From the IMG/VR virus record IMGVR_UViG_3300042868_007959, positions 62,001 through 126,000 of that record: a stretch of DNA of 64,000 bases; one strand, 5' to 3'. Positions 9,619-17,079 of the stretch are shown in pieces; the first letter of the stretch is position 1, and each line of letters opens with the position of its first letter. The position numbers and the translations under genes were made by a program. The notes under the pieces were generated by a model. The model worked only from the letters and a program-made list of their open reading frames with translations, had not been told where the DNA came from and searched no databases.

Positions 9619-9873
9619 CTAATCTCTATCATTTAGTTCTGTGATTACTTTTATTCTTTGTGTAGGAACTTCTATTATTGATTTATCGCATGATTTGATA
9701 GTAGTAATACCACTATCACTACTACTTACTGAAGTACAATCCATTTCCGTTCCATCAGTGAAAACAACGTGTTGATCACATTTTTTATCATCTTCAATTA
9801 TTAGATATAAAATGATACCATAACCTAATGATATAGTTAATGCAATTAGTATAATTCTTGTTATTCTATTCAT
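9619..9873 (-). CDS. Hypothetical membrane-anchored protein
   Basis: N-terminal TM helix, Cys-containing beta domain. Confidence 0.65.
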   Translation of the reverse strand: MNRITRIILIALTISLGYGIILYLIIEDDKKCDQHVVFTDGTEMDCTSVSSSDSGITTIKSCDKSIIEVPTQRIKVITELNDRD

Positions 9874-9875
9874 AA

Positions 9876-10757
9876 TTAAAATACATTAATTTGTGTTAAA
9901 TAATCTTTGTTAACAGTATAGTCTGAATTATATTCTACATCATAATTTGATCTTGAATTAGTACAATATATGTGTTTAATATGCTGACTTAATTCATATA
10001 ATCCGTTTGAGAAAATACCGTGAGTTATTGCTAATGAAACATTTGCCAATGGTCTTTCTTTATGTATTGCCTTAGCGATTTCGATAAAGGTTCTTCCACC
10101 GTCACAAATATCATCAACAATTAAAAAGTCATTAATTTTAGAATCGATAAAATCTAATGGAACATGAGTACTTAAAATTTTACCACTTTTAATGTCTCTA
10201 TGTTTTGACGCAATTAAAATATCTCTATCGTATTCTAATTTTTCTGCCAAATTATAAACCTTTTTCAATGCTCCCGCATCTGGTGAAACCAAAGTAAATG
10301 AATCAACTGCATTCCTTAGACTAATTTTATTATATTCTGTTAATGCAACTTTGATGAACCAAGAATTATCTGAAACTATTAAGTTGTTAATACAGGCAGG
10401 CGCTACATCACTATGAACATCAATACATGTTACTGATTCATAATTTTGTGCATTTATAATAGGTGCAATAACATCTCTTAAATAAGATGTACCACCAGTT
10501 ACAAATTGTCTATCACTTCTCGCCCCTAATATGTATGGGATGTATAAATGTATTTTCTCCACTTTTAGATTTCTAAGTGCCTTAGTTGCACATAATATTA
10601 ATTCTAAATCTTTAAAAGAATTAAACCTAGACTTAATGGTTACTTCTTTTATAGGAAAAGTATGACTCCCAATAACGATATCTTGTTGTCCATCAGGAAA
10701 TTTAGATATCTTATATTTTATATTACTATTTTCTAAATTTTCTAAATTTAATTTCAT
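9876..10757 (-). CDS. prs: Ribose-phosphate pyrophosphokinase-like (Prs/Adps)
   Basis: FPDGQ, PYILGARSDR, DVHS, VSPDAGA, IVDDICDGGRTF, THGIFS. Confidence 0.92.
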   Translation of the reverse strand: MKLNLENLENSNIKYKISKFPDGQQDIVIGSHTFPIKEVTIKSRFNSFKDLELILCATKALRNLKVEKIHLYIPYILGARSDRQFVTGGTSYLRDVIAPIINAQNYESVTCIDVHSDVAPACINNLIVSDNSWFIKVALTEYNKISLRNAVDSFTLVSPDAGALKKVYNLAEKLEYDRDILIASKHRDIKSGKILSTHVPLDFIDSKINDFLIVDDICDGGRTFIEIAKAIHKERPLANVSLAITHGIFSNGLYELSQHIKHIYCTNSRSNYDVEYNSDYTVNKDYLTQINVF

Positions 10758-10769
10758 ATATGTTTTTTA

Positions 10770-12371
10770 TTAAAGTGGTAAAGTAGTAAAATCTATTTTA
10801 TTATTTTTATCTCTACTAAAGATGATATGTTGTGCCCTACCATCATTATGGATGATAACATGTGTCTGTAACCAACCACTAGGACCATTATTATACCCAA
10901 CTCTTAGTTTTGTACTCGTACCTACTGCCAATGCCCCATCTTTACGTCCTGGTGAGTGATAATGTCCAACAACAATTTTAGTATTCAATTTACGAAATTG
11001 TTGTAAAGAACCTCTACTACCATTAGATCCAACGTCACCATGTTGTCCTAGTTCCCAATTCTTCACTTTGTAAGAATCATTTCTACCTAATGTGATAAAT
11101 TTAGGGTATCTCTCATTGATGATGTCAGGTATTACACCTTTAACGTCACTAGGATTTTCACCGTATTGTTTTAAAAGTCTGGAACTTAAATCCATATACA
11201 ATGGTGCGTTTTTAAATGTAGGTTGTTTTTTCCAATCCTCATTTTTTAACCATCTATCTACAAAGTCATCATGATTTGATCTAACTATAACCACATTTTC
11301 AAAATCACTAAATCTATCTAGTTGATCCATCATAGTGAATATTTCTTTACCTAAATCATTAGTCCCATTCATTTCTTTACCATATTGTACAAATGGATCT
11401 TTCATCTGGTGGTGACTTATAGAGTCTCCATCAAATACATCATGTAGAATAACATGTTTAGGGACTAAATCTACCATTAAATCAAATGTAGATTCTAATA
11501 CATCTTCATCGTGATGTCCGTAGTGAAGGTCACCTAAAATTATCGCAGATACGGATGAATTTTTATTAACGACACCTTTTTCTACTCTATTATATAAGTC
11601 TGAAAAATTACCACTCTTATCATCGGCAGTTACTTGTCTGACAAAAAATGTATCTTCATCTTTAATTTCCACAATAACAAAACCAAAAGTATGATGAAAT
11701 TCACCTTTCTTACCTGATTTAGAATCAGTGTAATTCTTTTTAGTTATTGATCCTGTCGTTAACATCATCTTAGGTTTTTGTTTAACTAAAACAGGTATTG
11801 TCTCCATATGTACCTTTGGTGAACCAAAAATACAAGAATTAATTCCACTCAAACCTTGTAATCCTGTCATAGGATCAACTGCGGTTGGTTGTATTTTAAC
11901 ATCTGATAGAATAGAAACATATTTATGTATGTCATGTCTATTAGCATCTAAGTACTTAACTATCTTACTATCCCAAAATTCGTTATTTTCTTGATTACTA
12001 GTCCATACAGATGTTGGATTTTTGTATCTACCTGCAATAACATGTATATCAGCACCCAAATGATTTGCGTATGCCTCCATATTGGTGAGTAATCCGTTAT
12101 GGACAGGTGTATTATTTTGTGCCCAAGTAATTAAAAATATCTTTTTATCTTTATCATACTTTTTTAATTTGGCAGCCTCAAATTGTTCCGACTCTTTATC
12201 TACTTTCTCTTTGAAATTAAATTTCTCCGAACACCATTTTCTTATAGTCCTTTCCGATCTATCGAAATACTCAATTAGAATTGACATTCTCTCATCCCAC
12301 TTTAAGTTTTTGTCAGTGTAGATGGAATAAGCATGTTCTATGTCTTTTTCTGTTACATCTTTAAATTTCAT
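10770..12371 (-). CDS. Large metallophosphoesterase-family protein with HTH-like N-terminus
   Basis: GDLH, HDVFDG, SNHD, HGD, GHYH motifs in C-terminal half; SERTIRKW near N-terminus. Confidence 0.7.
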   Translation of the reverse strand: MKFKDVTEKDIEHAYSIYTDKNLKWDERMSILIEYFDRSERTIRKWCSEKFNFKEKVDKESEQFEAAKLKKYDKDKKIFLITWAQNNTPVHNGLLTNMEAYANHLGADIHVIAGRYKNPTSVWTSNQENNEFWDSKIVKYLDANRHDIHKYVSILSDVKIQPTAVDPMTGLQGLSGINSCIFGSPKVHMETIPVLVKQKPKMMLTTGSITKKNYTDSKSGKKGEFHHTFGFVIVEIKDEDTFFVRQVTADDKSGNFSDLYNRVEKGVVNKNSSVSAIILGDLHYGHHDEDVLESTFDLMVDLVPKHVILHDVFDGDSISHHQMKDPFVQYGKEMNGTNDLGKEIFTMMDQLDRFSDFENVVIVRSNHDDFVDRWLKNEDWKKQPTFKNAPLYMDLSSRLLKQYGENPSDVKGVIPDIINERYPKFITLGRNDSYKVKNWELGQHGDVGSNGSRGSLQQFRKLNTKIVVGHYHSPGRKDGALAVGTSTKLRVGYNNGPSGWLQTHVIIHNDGRAQHIIFSRDKNNKIDFTTLPL

Positions 12372-12425
12372 AATGTTTTTTTTTAAATTTAATTATAATT
12401 TTATTAAAAATCAATAGATTAGATT

Positions 12426-13160
12426 TTATAATTCAAATGTGGGTTTTAACCAAAGTCCTCTACTGAATATTAATTTAGTAAAACCTGGTATTCTTTGTTC
12501 CACCATACCAAATAAAGTTAATGTCGCCACAGTATCATGTTTCATCATTTTTAAAACTTCCTCTCTGATTCTTTCTGCAGATACAACATCTTTAAGTTTA
12601 TCCATTATTTCAGGTTGTTCCATAGCCCTAAAAATAGACTGGTGTATGAAGAATCCTTTAGTGATAGAAAATCTTAATGCCCTAAGAAATCTGAGTGGAT
12701 CATCCATCATTGTTTGTTCGGCAGGTAAAGGAGTTTTTAGTAGTCTCGCACTTAAATGACCTTTACCGCCAAATAAATCAATTAGATTCCCATTTTCATC
12801 TTCCGCCATCGAATTCAATGTGAAATCTCTTCTAATTAGATCATCTTCTAATGTCCCTAATTCTAAAATAGGTTGTCTAGTCCCTTCTTTGTAACCGACC
12901 TCTTTTCTTGCGAGAACAAAGTCCGCAACTAATCCTTCGTTAACATCACCTTTAGGAAATTTAGCTCTGATAGTGAACATCTCTGGAGTAGAAAGGAATA
13001 TAGTAAACTCTTTATGTTCCATCCATTGTTTCATTATTTCGAAACCTTCATCTACTGTTCTATCTATGTTGTCGAGTACAAATGTGAAGTCAATATCTTT
13101 AGATTCAACACCTAAGATACTATCTCTTACACAACCACCAACTTTATATATCTGAGGCAT
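12426..13160 (-). CDS. cca: CCA-adding tRNA nucleotidyltransferase (class II, short)
   Basis: VGGCVRD, KDIDF, RRDFTLN, DLFGG, DDPLRFLRA, SAERIREE; adjacent to CCA-less tRNAs. Confidence 0.88.
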   Translation of the reverse strand: MPQIYKVGGCVRDSILGVESKDIDFTFVLDNIDRTVDEGFEIMKQWMEHKEFTIFLSTPEMFTIRAKFPKGDVNEGLVADFVLARKEVGYKEGTRQPILELGTLEDDLIRRDFTLNSMAEDENGNLIDLFGGKGHLSARLLKTPLPAEQTMMDDPLRFLRALRFSITKGFFIHQSIFRAMEQPEIMDKLKDVVSAERIREEVLKMMKHDTVATLTLFGMVEQRIPGFTKLIFSRGLWLKPTFEL

Positions 13161-13162
13161 AA

Positions 13163-13399
13163 CTATTCAGGTAATAATCCAACTCTCTCAATGAGATTCC
13201 AAACTCTTTCTTTGTATTGATCAACTGTTTCATCACCAATTTCAGTTATTCCACGATCAGTCATTTCAGCTAGATAATCTAAAAGTTCTCTAGTAACTTT
13301 ATCGATATCTTCGATAGATAGTTCACCTCTCTTAACTCCGTTTTTTAGGATTTGGTACTTTACCATAACCATTTTAGAAACTTTTACACCCATAGTCAT
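13163..13399 (-). CDS. Hypothetical protein
   Basis: ORF track. Confidence 0.7.
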   Translation of the reverse strand: MTMGVKVSKMVMVKYQILKNGVKRGELSIEDIDKVTRELLDYLAEMTDRGITEIGDETVDQYKERVWNLIERVGLLPE

Positions 13400-13478
13400 T
13401 TGTTTTATTTTATCAAAGATATATATAATACTTCAATCTGCCAAATTTTTTGGTTATTTATATTGGTTATAAATAAGG

Positions 13479-13625
13479 TGATAGTGATGGAGTACCCGTC
13501 TCGCTCCAATCTTAAGTGCTTAATCGTAGTTTTACGAGGCCTCGGCACTGTCCTTTTCAGGGGGTGATGAATTCCTGATCCACTCTGGATTGTCGACATC
13601 CGTTGAGTGGGGAAAACCACTATCA
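13479..13625 (-). ncRNA. Unidentified ~147-nt multibranch structured RNA
   Basis: GC-rich island; closing helix TGATAGTGGT/ATCACTATCA enclosing four hairpins. Strand inferred from context. Confidence 0.55.
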
Positions 13626-13643
13626 GTATTTTAATTGTTTATG

Positions 13644-13717
13644 TGGTCCTTGTTGGAATCGAACCAACCACCTACTGATTATGAGTCAGTTGCTCTAACC
13701 GAATGAGCTAAAGGACC
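13644..13717 (-). tRNA. tRNA-Ile2/Met (CAT), Ile2-like body
   Basis: GGTCCTT/AAGGACC acceptor, CT-CAT-AA loop, TTCGATT T-loop; no CCA. Confidence 0.9.
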
Positions 13718-13878
13718 AATTAGCGGAGATTTCATCCCATCCATTGATCACCCAAGGACTCGTTTCTAATGTATTTGGCACTCCGCCATTGTAAGTTTTC
13801 TGTTGCTTACGCCCTCATTCGTGGACTTCCGACATCCCAATGAGTTTTACCGTCCTATCGGAGTCAGGTAACCGCTTG

Positions 13879-13970
13879 TAGTCAGGACAGGACTCGAACC
13901 TGTATGTACAGTTATACAGAACTGCACATCCCTGTATGGATATTTGCGTCTACCATTTCGCCACCTGACT
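13879..13970 (-). ncRNA. tRNA-scaffold element F (non-canonical anticodon arm)
   Basis: AGTCAGG/CCTGACT acceptor, Leu-type D arm, ACAGG-TTCGAGT-CCTGT T arm; 42-nt insert with two hairpins. Confidence 0.8.
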
Positions 13971-14080
13971 ATAAAAACACACTCTTCAGCTTTCTACTTC
14001 CAGCTCCGAGAAATTATATATAACTTAGCCCATCTCACCGCTGTATGGGAACTGAAGTTTATGTGTCTTAAGGTTGAGAG

Positions 14081-14157
14081 CCTCTGTGTTGTAATGTTAA
14101 TTCTACATTTACATTATTTATTACGTTTAATTCCTTTCTCAAGGGAACAACACAATA
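14081..14157 (-). repeat. Structured repeat copy 1 (GAGA-tetraloop three-way motif)
   Basis: Shares identical 12-nt and 25-nt blocks with 15604-15674. Confidence 0.75.
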
Positions 14158-14161
14158 ATTA

Positions 14162-14237
14162 TAGATAGGGTGGGATTCGAACCCACAATGAACAACCTTA
14201 AAAGGACTCGGCACCGTGCCTCATTACGCTCCTACCT
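14162..14237 (-). ncRNA. tRNA-scaffold element G
   Basis: AGGTAGG/CCTATCT acceptor, GTGGG-TTCGAAT-CCCAC T arm; no canonical anticodon arm. Confidence 0.7.
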
Positions 14238-14243
14238 ACACTG

Positions 14244-14320
14244 AACTACCCATAGGACTCGAACCTACAACCCTTCGGCCTTAGTGACCAATGTGCAAAC
14301 CAATTTACACCATAAGTAGT
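14244..14320 (-). tRNA. tRNA with CTA anticodon (amber-suppressor-like; non-canonical A33)
   Basis: ACTACTT/GGGTAGT acceptor; TTGGT-CA CTA AG-GCCGA anticodon arm; canonical T arm. Confidence 0.65.
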
Positions 14321-14416
14321 TAATCAAGAAAACATATCAGAAATTACTGGTACCAAATCTCACTGCGATATATGATACATCTTCTTGTTAGGATTGGTTA
14401 ATTACTCCTATCTTTG

Positions 14417-14488
14417 TACTCCCACGGAGAATCGAACTCCGATTTTCAGGATGAAAACCTGATGTCCTAACCGTTAGACGATGGGAGC
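14417..14488 (-). tRNA. tRNA-Glu(TTC)
   Basis: Full cloverleaf; TCAGG-TT TTC AT-CCTGA. Confidence 0.95.
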
Positions 14489-14707
14489 AAATTGTGACAA
14501 CCTTTGGGTTCGATTGTCACTTTTACGTGAAAGGAGTGATCAGACCCTCTAACATCACGAGTGTAAGTTTTTCACATTAAACTATCTCTACAAAACGTCA
14601 GTTTTTATCGCCCTTAAACTGAATAAACGGTTTGACACTTTGTATCCCCTTTTTTAAGTGCGTGATACATCTTCTCTCAAACTGAACTCTACTGAGAACA
14701 CTCCCTG

Positions 14708-14779
14708 CGGTCTATGAGAGAATCGAACTCTCGGCACATCCGTGACAGGGATGTATGTTAGCCACTACACTAATAAACC
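14708..14779 (-). tRNA. tRNA-Asp(GTC)
   Basis: CATCC-CT GTC AC-GGATG; G73. Confidence 0.95.
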
Positions 14780-15004
14780 AAGTTTCCCCACTCTGAGATT
14801 ACAAGTGAGTAGTCGTATCGGTTTTTTTTCTATTTGAAAAACCTGATGGGCATCCCCGTTGAAAAAGTCAGCTCTATACGTCAGCAGTGCAGAACCTCGC
14901 TACTGTTATTCTGAATCGATTGCCTTAGGGAGGCGTTTTTTAACCCTATCCATTGTTAAATGAGTCTTGGATAAAAGACTACTGAGTATCTCTTACTCAT
15001 TATG

Positions 15005-15161
15005 TAGTTGGGGTAGGACTCGAACCTACATAAACACTTTGAAATTTACCTACGCACCGTGAGGTAGTGTTCTTCATCATTTGCATTGCCTAACCATTGA
15101 TCGATTTTACGTTTCGGCTGCCGTGCGTGTCAATAAGCGTCTACCATTTCGCCACCCAACC
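15005..15161 (-). ncRNA. tRNA-scaffold element E (107-nt structured insert)
   Basis: GGTTGGG/CCCAACT acceptor, GCGAAATGGTAGACGC D arm, GTAGG-TTCGAGT-CCTAC T arm. Confidence 0.8.
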
Positions 15162-15209
15162 ATACTACATCTCCTTTCGATTCTATAAGGAATCTACTCC
15201 GTTCTGTTG

Positions 15210-15283
15210 TACACCCGCCAGGATTCGAACCTGGGACCTATTCATTAGAAGTGAATTGCTCTATCCAGCTGAGCTACGGGTGC
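15210..15283 (-). tRNA. tRNA-Arg(TCT)
   Basis: ATTCA-CT TCT AA-TGAAT. Confidence 0.95.
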
Positions 15284-15502
15284 AAATAAAAGATGATAAA
15301 TGGATTTATCAGGAATCTGGCTATAACCATAAACACTTCCTATAATTTCTATACTATTGTCATTAGCGTATATGAGCTTCACACACCATTAGAGAGTCGG
15401 GTTGTTACATCAATACAATTAAGATCGAATACCTTTCCTTAGTGTGTACCTTTGCGTCACGTCTCTCCACGCTTACCATTCTACGCTTTGTATCATCTTT
15501 TG

Positions 15503-15586
15503 TACTCGAATCGGGACTTGAACCCGAACGGGCAATTGCCCACAAGATTTTAAGTCTGGCGTGTCTACCGATTCCACCATCCGAGC
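15503..15586 (-). tRNA. tRNA-Leu(TAA)
   Basis: CCAGA-CT TAA AA-TCTTG; long variable arm. Confidence 0.95.
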
Positions 15587-15603
15587 TTATGAGGGTGAGA
15601 AGT

Positions 15604-15674
15604 CCTCTGTGTTGTGAGTTTTAGAACCAAAGGAACCGCACCCATCCATCCTTTCTCAAGGGAACAACACAATA
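15604..15674 (-). repeat. Structured repeat copy 2
   Basis: See copy 1 at 14081-14157. Confidence 0.75.
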
Positions 15675-15685
15675 TTCTTTATAAC

Positions 15686-15703
15686 CAATATGTCAATGAA
15701 CTT
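15686..15703 (-). promoter_or_regulatory. boxA-like antitermination element
   Basis: AAGTTCATTGACATATTG directly after the promoter, before tRNA cluster 1. Confidence 0.65.
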
Positions 15704-15714
15704 ATTTTCTTTTT

Positions 15715-15745
15715 CAAAGTTAAATATAAAAAACCAAATTGTCAA
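15715..15745 (-). promoter_or_regulatory. Bacteroidota-type sigma70 promoter
   Basis: TTGACA-17 nt-TAACTTTG (-33 TTG / -7 TAnnTTTG consensus). Confidence 0.75.
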
Positions 15746-15764
15746 TTATTTTTAAACTTTTTTT

Positions 15765-16025
15765 TTATTTCCTTTTTGATAATATGTCATCAATCTTCTG
15801 TAATGTTTCTGGATCTGTTATTGGTAAAAGAGAAATAATATCTAATCGTGTTTTCATTTCTTCTTTTAACCCCCAACCACTACCACAGGTTTTTGCTTGT
15901 TCACCAAACATATTAATAAACTGATCCTCAACAACACTTCTCAATGGATAATCACCACCAAAAGGTACTTTACTTCTGTCAATAGGACCTATTTTACAAA
16001 ACCAATATTCTAAATTATTTTCCAT
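15765..16025 (-). CDS. Hypothetical protein
   Basis: ORF track; starts 15 nt after tRNA-like element D. Confidence 0.75.
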   Translation of the reverse strand: MENNLEYWFCKIGPIDRSKVPFGGDYPLRSVVEDQFINMFGEQAKTCGSGWGLKEEMKTRLDIISLLPITDPETLQKIDDILSKRK

Positions 16026-16040
16026 TTATTTTATTTTTTG

Positions 16041-16112
16041 TAGTTAGAGTAGAACTCTAACCTACGACTTAGATATTATGAGGATCTAGATATACCACTG
16101 TTCTACCCCGAT
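16041..16112 (-). pseudogene. Degenerate tRNA-like element D (CAT loop, broken acceptor)
   Basis: TAGAT-CCTCATAAT-ATCTA; 3' end GTAGGTTAGAGTTCTACTCTAACTACA resembles the scaffold family. Confidence 0.6.
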
Positions 16113-16117
16113 ATATA

Positions 16118-16387
16118 TTATTTCAATAAACTTATAACATACGGTTTAAATATGGTTAATTTAGTTCCGTCTGAATTATAATACCAGACAGAATCCTTGT
16201 TCATACCGTATATCGTATCAGTATATGCAACTGCTGGTCGAAGTTCTTGTGTTACATTTACTTCATTCCAATCAACTTGTCTTTCGATCATGACTGGAAC
16301 TTGACCTTCAATTTTGTACTTATAAGTTTTACCTTTACAAGAAAGGAATAAAACCGTTAATACTGTTGTATAAAATACCTTTTTCAT
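16118..16387 (-). CDS. Putative lipoprotein
   Basis: MKKVFYTTVLTVLFLSC lipobox. Confidence 0.75.
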   Translation of the reverse strand: MKKVFYTTVLTVLFLSCKGKTYKYKIEGQVPVMIERQVDWNEVNVTQELRPAVAYTDTIYGMNKDSVWYYNSDGTKLTIFKPYVISLLK

Positions 16388-16401
16388 AACTATTTGTTTT
16401 G

Positions 16402-16518
16402 TAGTCAGAACAGGATTCGAACCTGTGTTTACACTTTACTTGTATTAGTTGTGTCCGATAGATTGGGTATCAATACATTTCCCGCACCACCTGCTCTTAA
16501 CCACTGAGCTACCTGACT
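16402..16518 (-). ncRNA. tRNA-scaffold element C
   Basis: AGTCAGG/TCTGACT acceptor, class-I D arm GCTCAGTGGTTAAGAGC, ~66-nt insert, ACAGG-TTCGAAT-CCTGT. Confidence 0.8.
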
Positions 16519-16525
16519 ATTTTAT

Positions 16526-16597
16526 TTAACGATTCGGAAACCAATATTCCCCTATATAGTAACCATTTTCATTACACCATTGTTCTAATTCATTCAT
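16526..16597 (-). CDS. 23-aa micro-ORF MNELEQWCNENGYYIGEYWFPNR
   Basis: Manual translation; exactly fills the gap between elements B and C, with an A-rich leader. Confidence 0.55.
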   Translation of the reverse strand: MNELEQWCNENGYYIGEYWFPNR

Positions 16598-16612
16598 AAT
16601 TTTTATTTTTTG

Positions 16613-16737
16613 TAGTCAGGACAGGATTCGAACCTGTATGATAACTTATGAGCAGTCTTAACGGGTCTTTCGAGGTTACTCGCGTTATCTTTACTATTAA
16701 CCTTTATTCATGCGTCTACCAATTCCGCCACCTGACT
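16613..16737 (-). ncRNA. tRNA-scaffold element B
   Basis: AGTCAGG/CCTGACT, GCGGAATTGGTAGACGC, 74-nt insert with GATAAC/GTTATC stem, canonical T arm. Confidence 0.82.
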
Positions 16738-16742
16738 ATTTG

Positions 16743-16937
16743 TTAATCTTGTCTTGAGTTAATATAACCAAATACATTTTCACCAAAAACAGATTTCATT
16801 GCCGTTTCAAAAATGTAATGGTTGTAATCATTGTCTTCATAGTATTCTTCATCATTATCAACGAAATCAAGGTATTCTTGACAGATTTTTTTTAATTCAT
16901 CTAAATTTGGTTTTTCTAATTGATGTGGTTTTTCCAT
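16743..16937 (-). CDS. Hypothetical protein
   Basis: ORF track; lies between elements A and B. Confidence 0.75.
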   Translation of the reverse strand: MEKPHQLEKPNLDELKKICQEYLDFVDNDEEYYEDNDYNHYIFETAMKSVFGENVFGYINSRQD

Positions 16938-16953
16938 GTTATTTTATTTTTTG

Positions 16954-17035
16954 TAGTCAGGACAGGATTCGAACCTGTAACATAACAATCGCTTTCAACC
17001 TTCTAGTTAGCGTCTACCAATTCCGCCACCTGACT
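16954..17035 (-). ncRNA. tRNA-scaffold element A
   Basis: Frame identical to B; 31-nt insert without a canonical 7-nt anticodon loop. Confidence 0.8.
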
Positions 17036-17079
17036 ATATTAAAAAGGGAGTGATGTTAACGACTCACCCCCATTATTTA

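Noticed and set aside
7445-10757. NARP2 or classical NAD salvage (NAMPT+NMNAT)
   Set aside because: No HxGH nucleotidyltransferase gene in the window; the partner is Prs-like. NMNAT could still exist elsewhere.
13479-13625. RNase P, SRP or 6S RNA identity
   Set aside because: Lacks the P4 GAGGAAAGUCC motif, the SRP helix-8 motif, and the single long hairpin with central bubble.
13879-17035. tRNA-scaffold inserts as group I introns or BHB introns
   Set aside because: Inserts are too short for group I cores, show no P7/terminal G or bulge-helix-bulge, and removing them does not obviously restore a canonical anticodon arm.
13879-17035. CRISPR array
   Set aside because: Repeats are tRNA halves with irregular spacing and ORFs between them; no cas genes or regular repeat-spacer period anywhere in the window.
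13640-17040. Hammerhead or HDV-like theta ribozymes at tRNA 3' ends
   Set aside because: No CUGAUGA/GAAA core or nested double pseudoknot found by eye; an Infernal/RNArobo scan is still needed.
13352-17053. Track ORFs 13352-13567, 13405-13620, 13944-14168, 15097-15345, 15442-15624, 15614-15838, 16799-17053
   Set aside because: They overlap tRNAs or structured RNAs and have non-protein-like composition.
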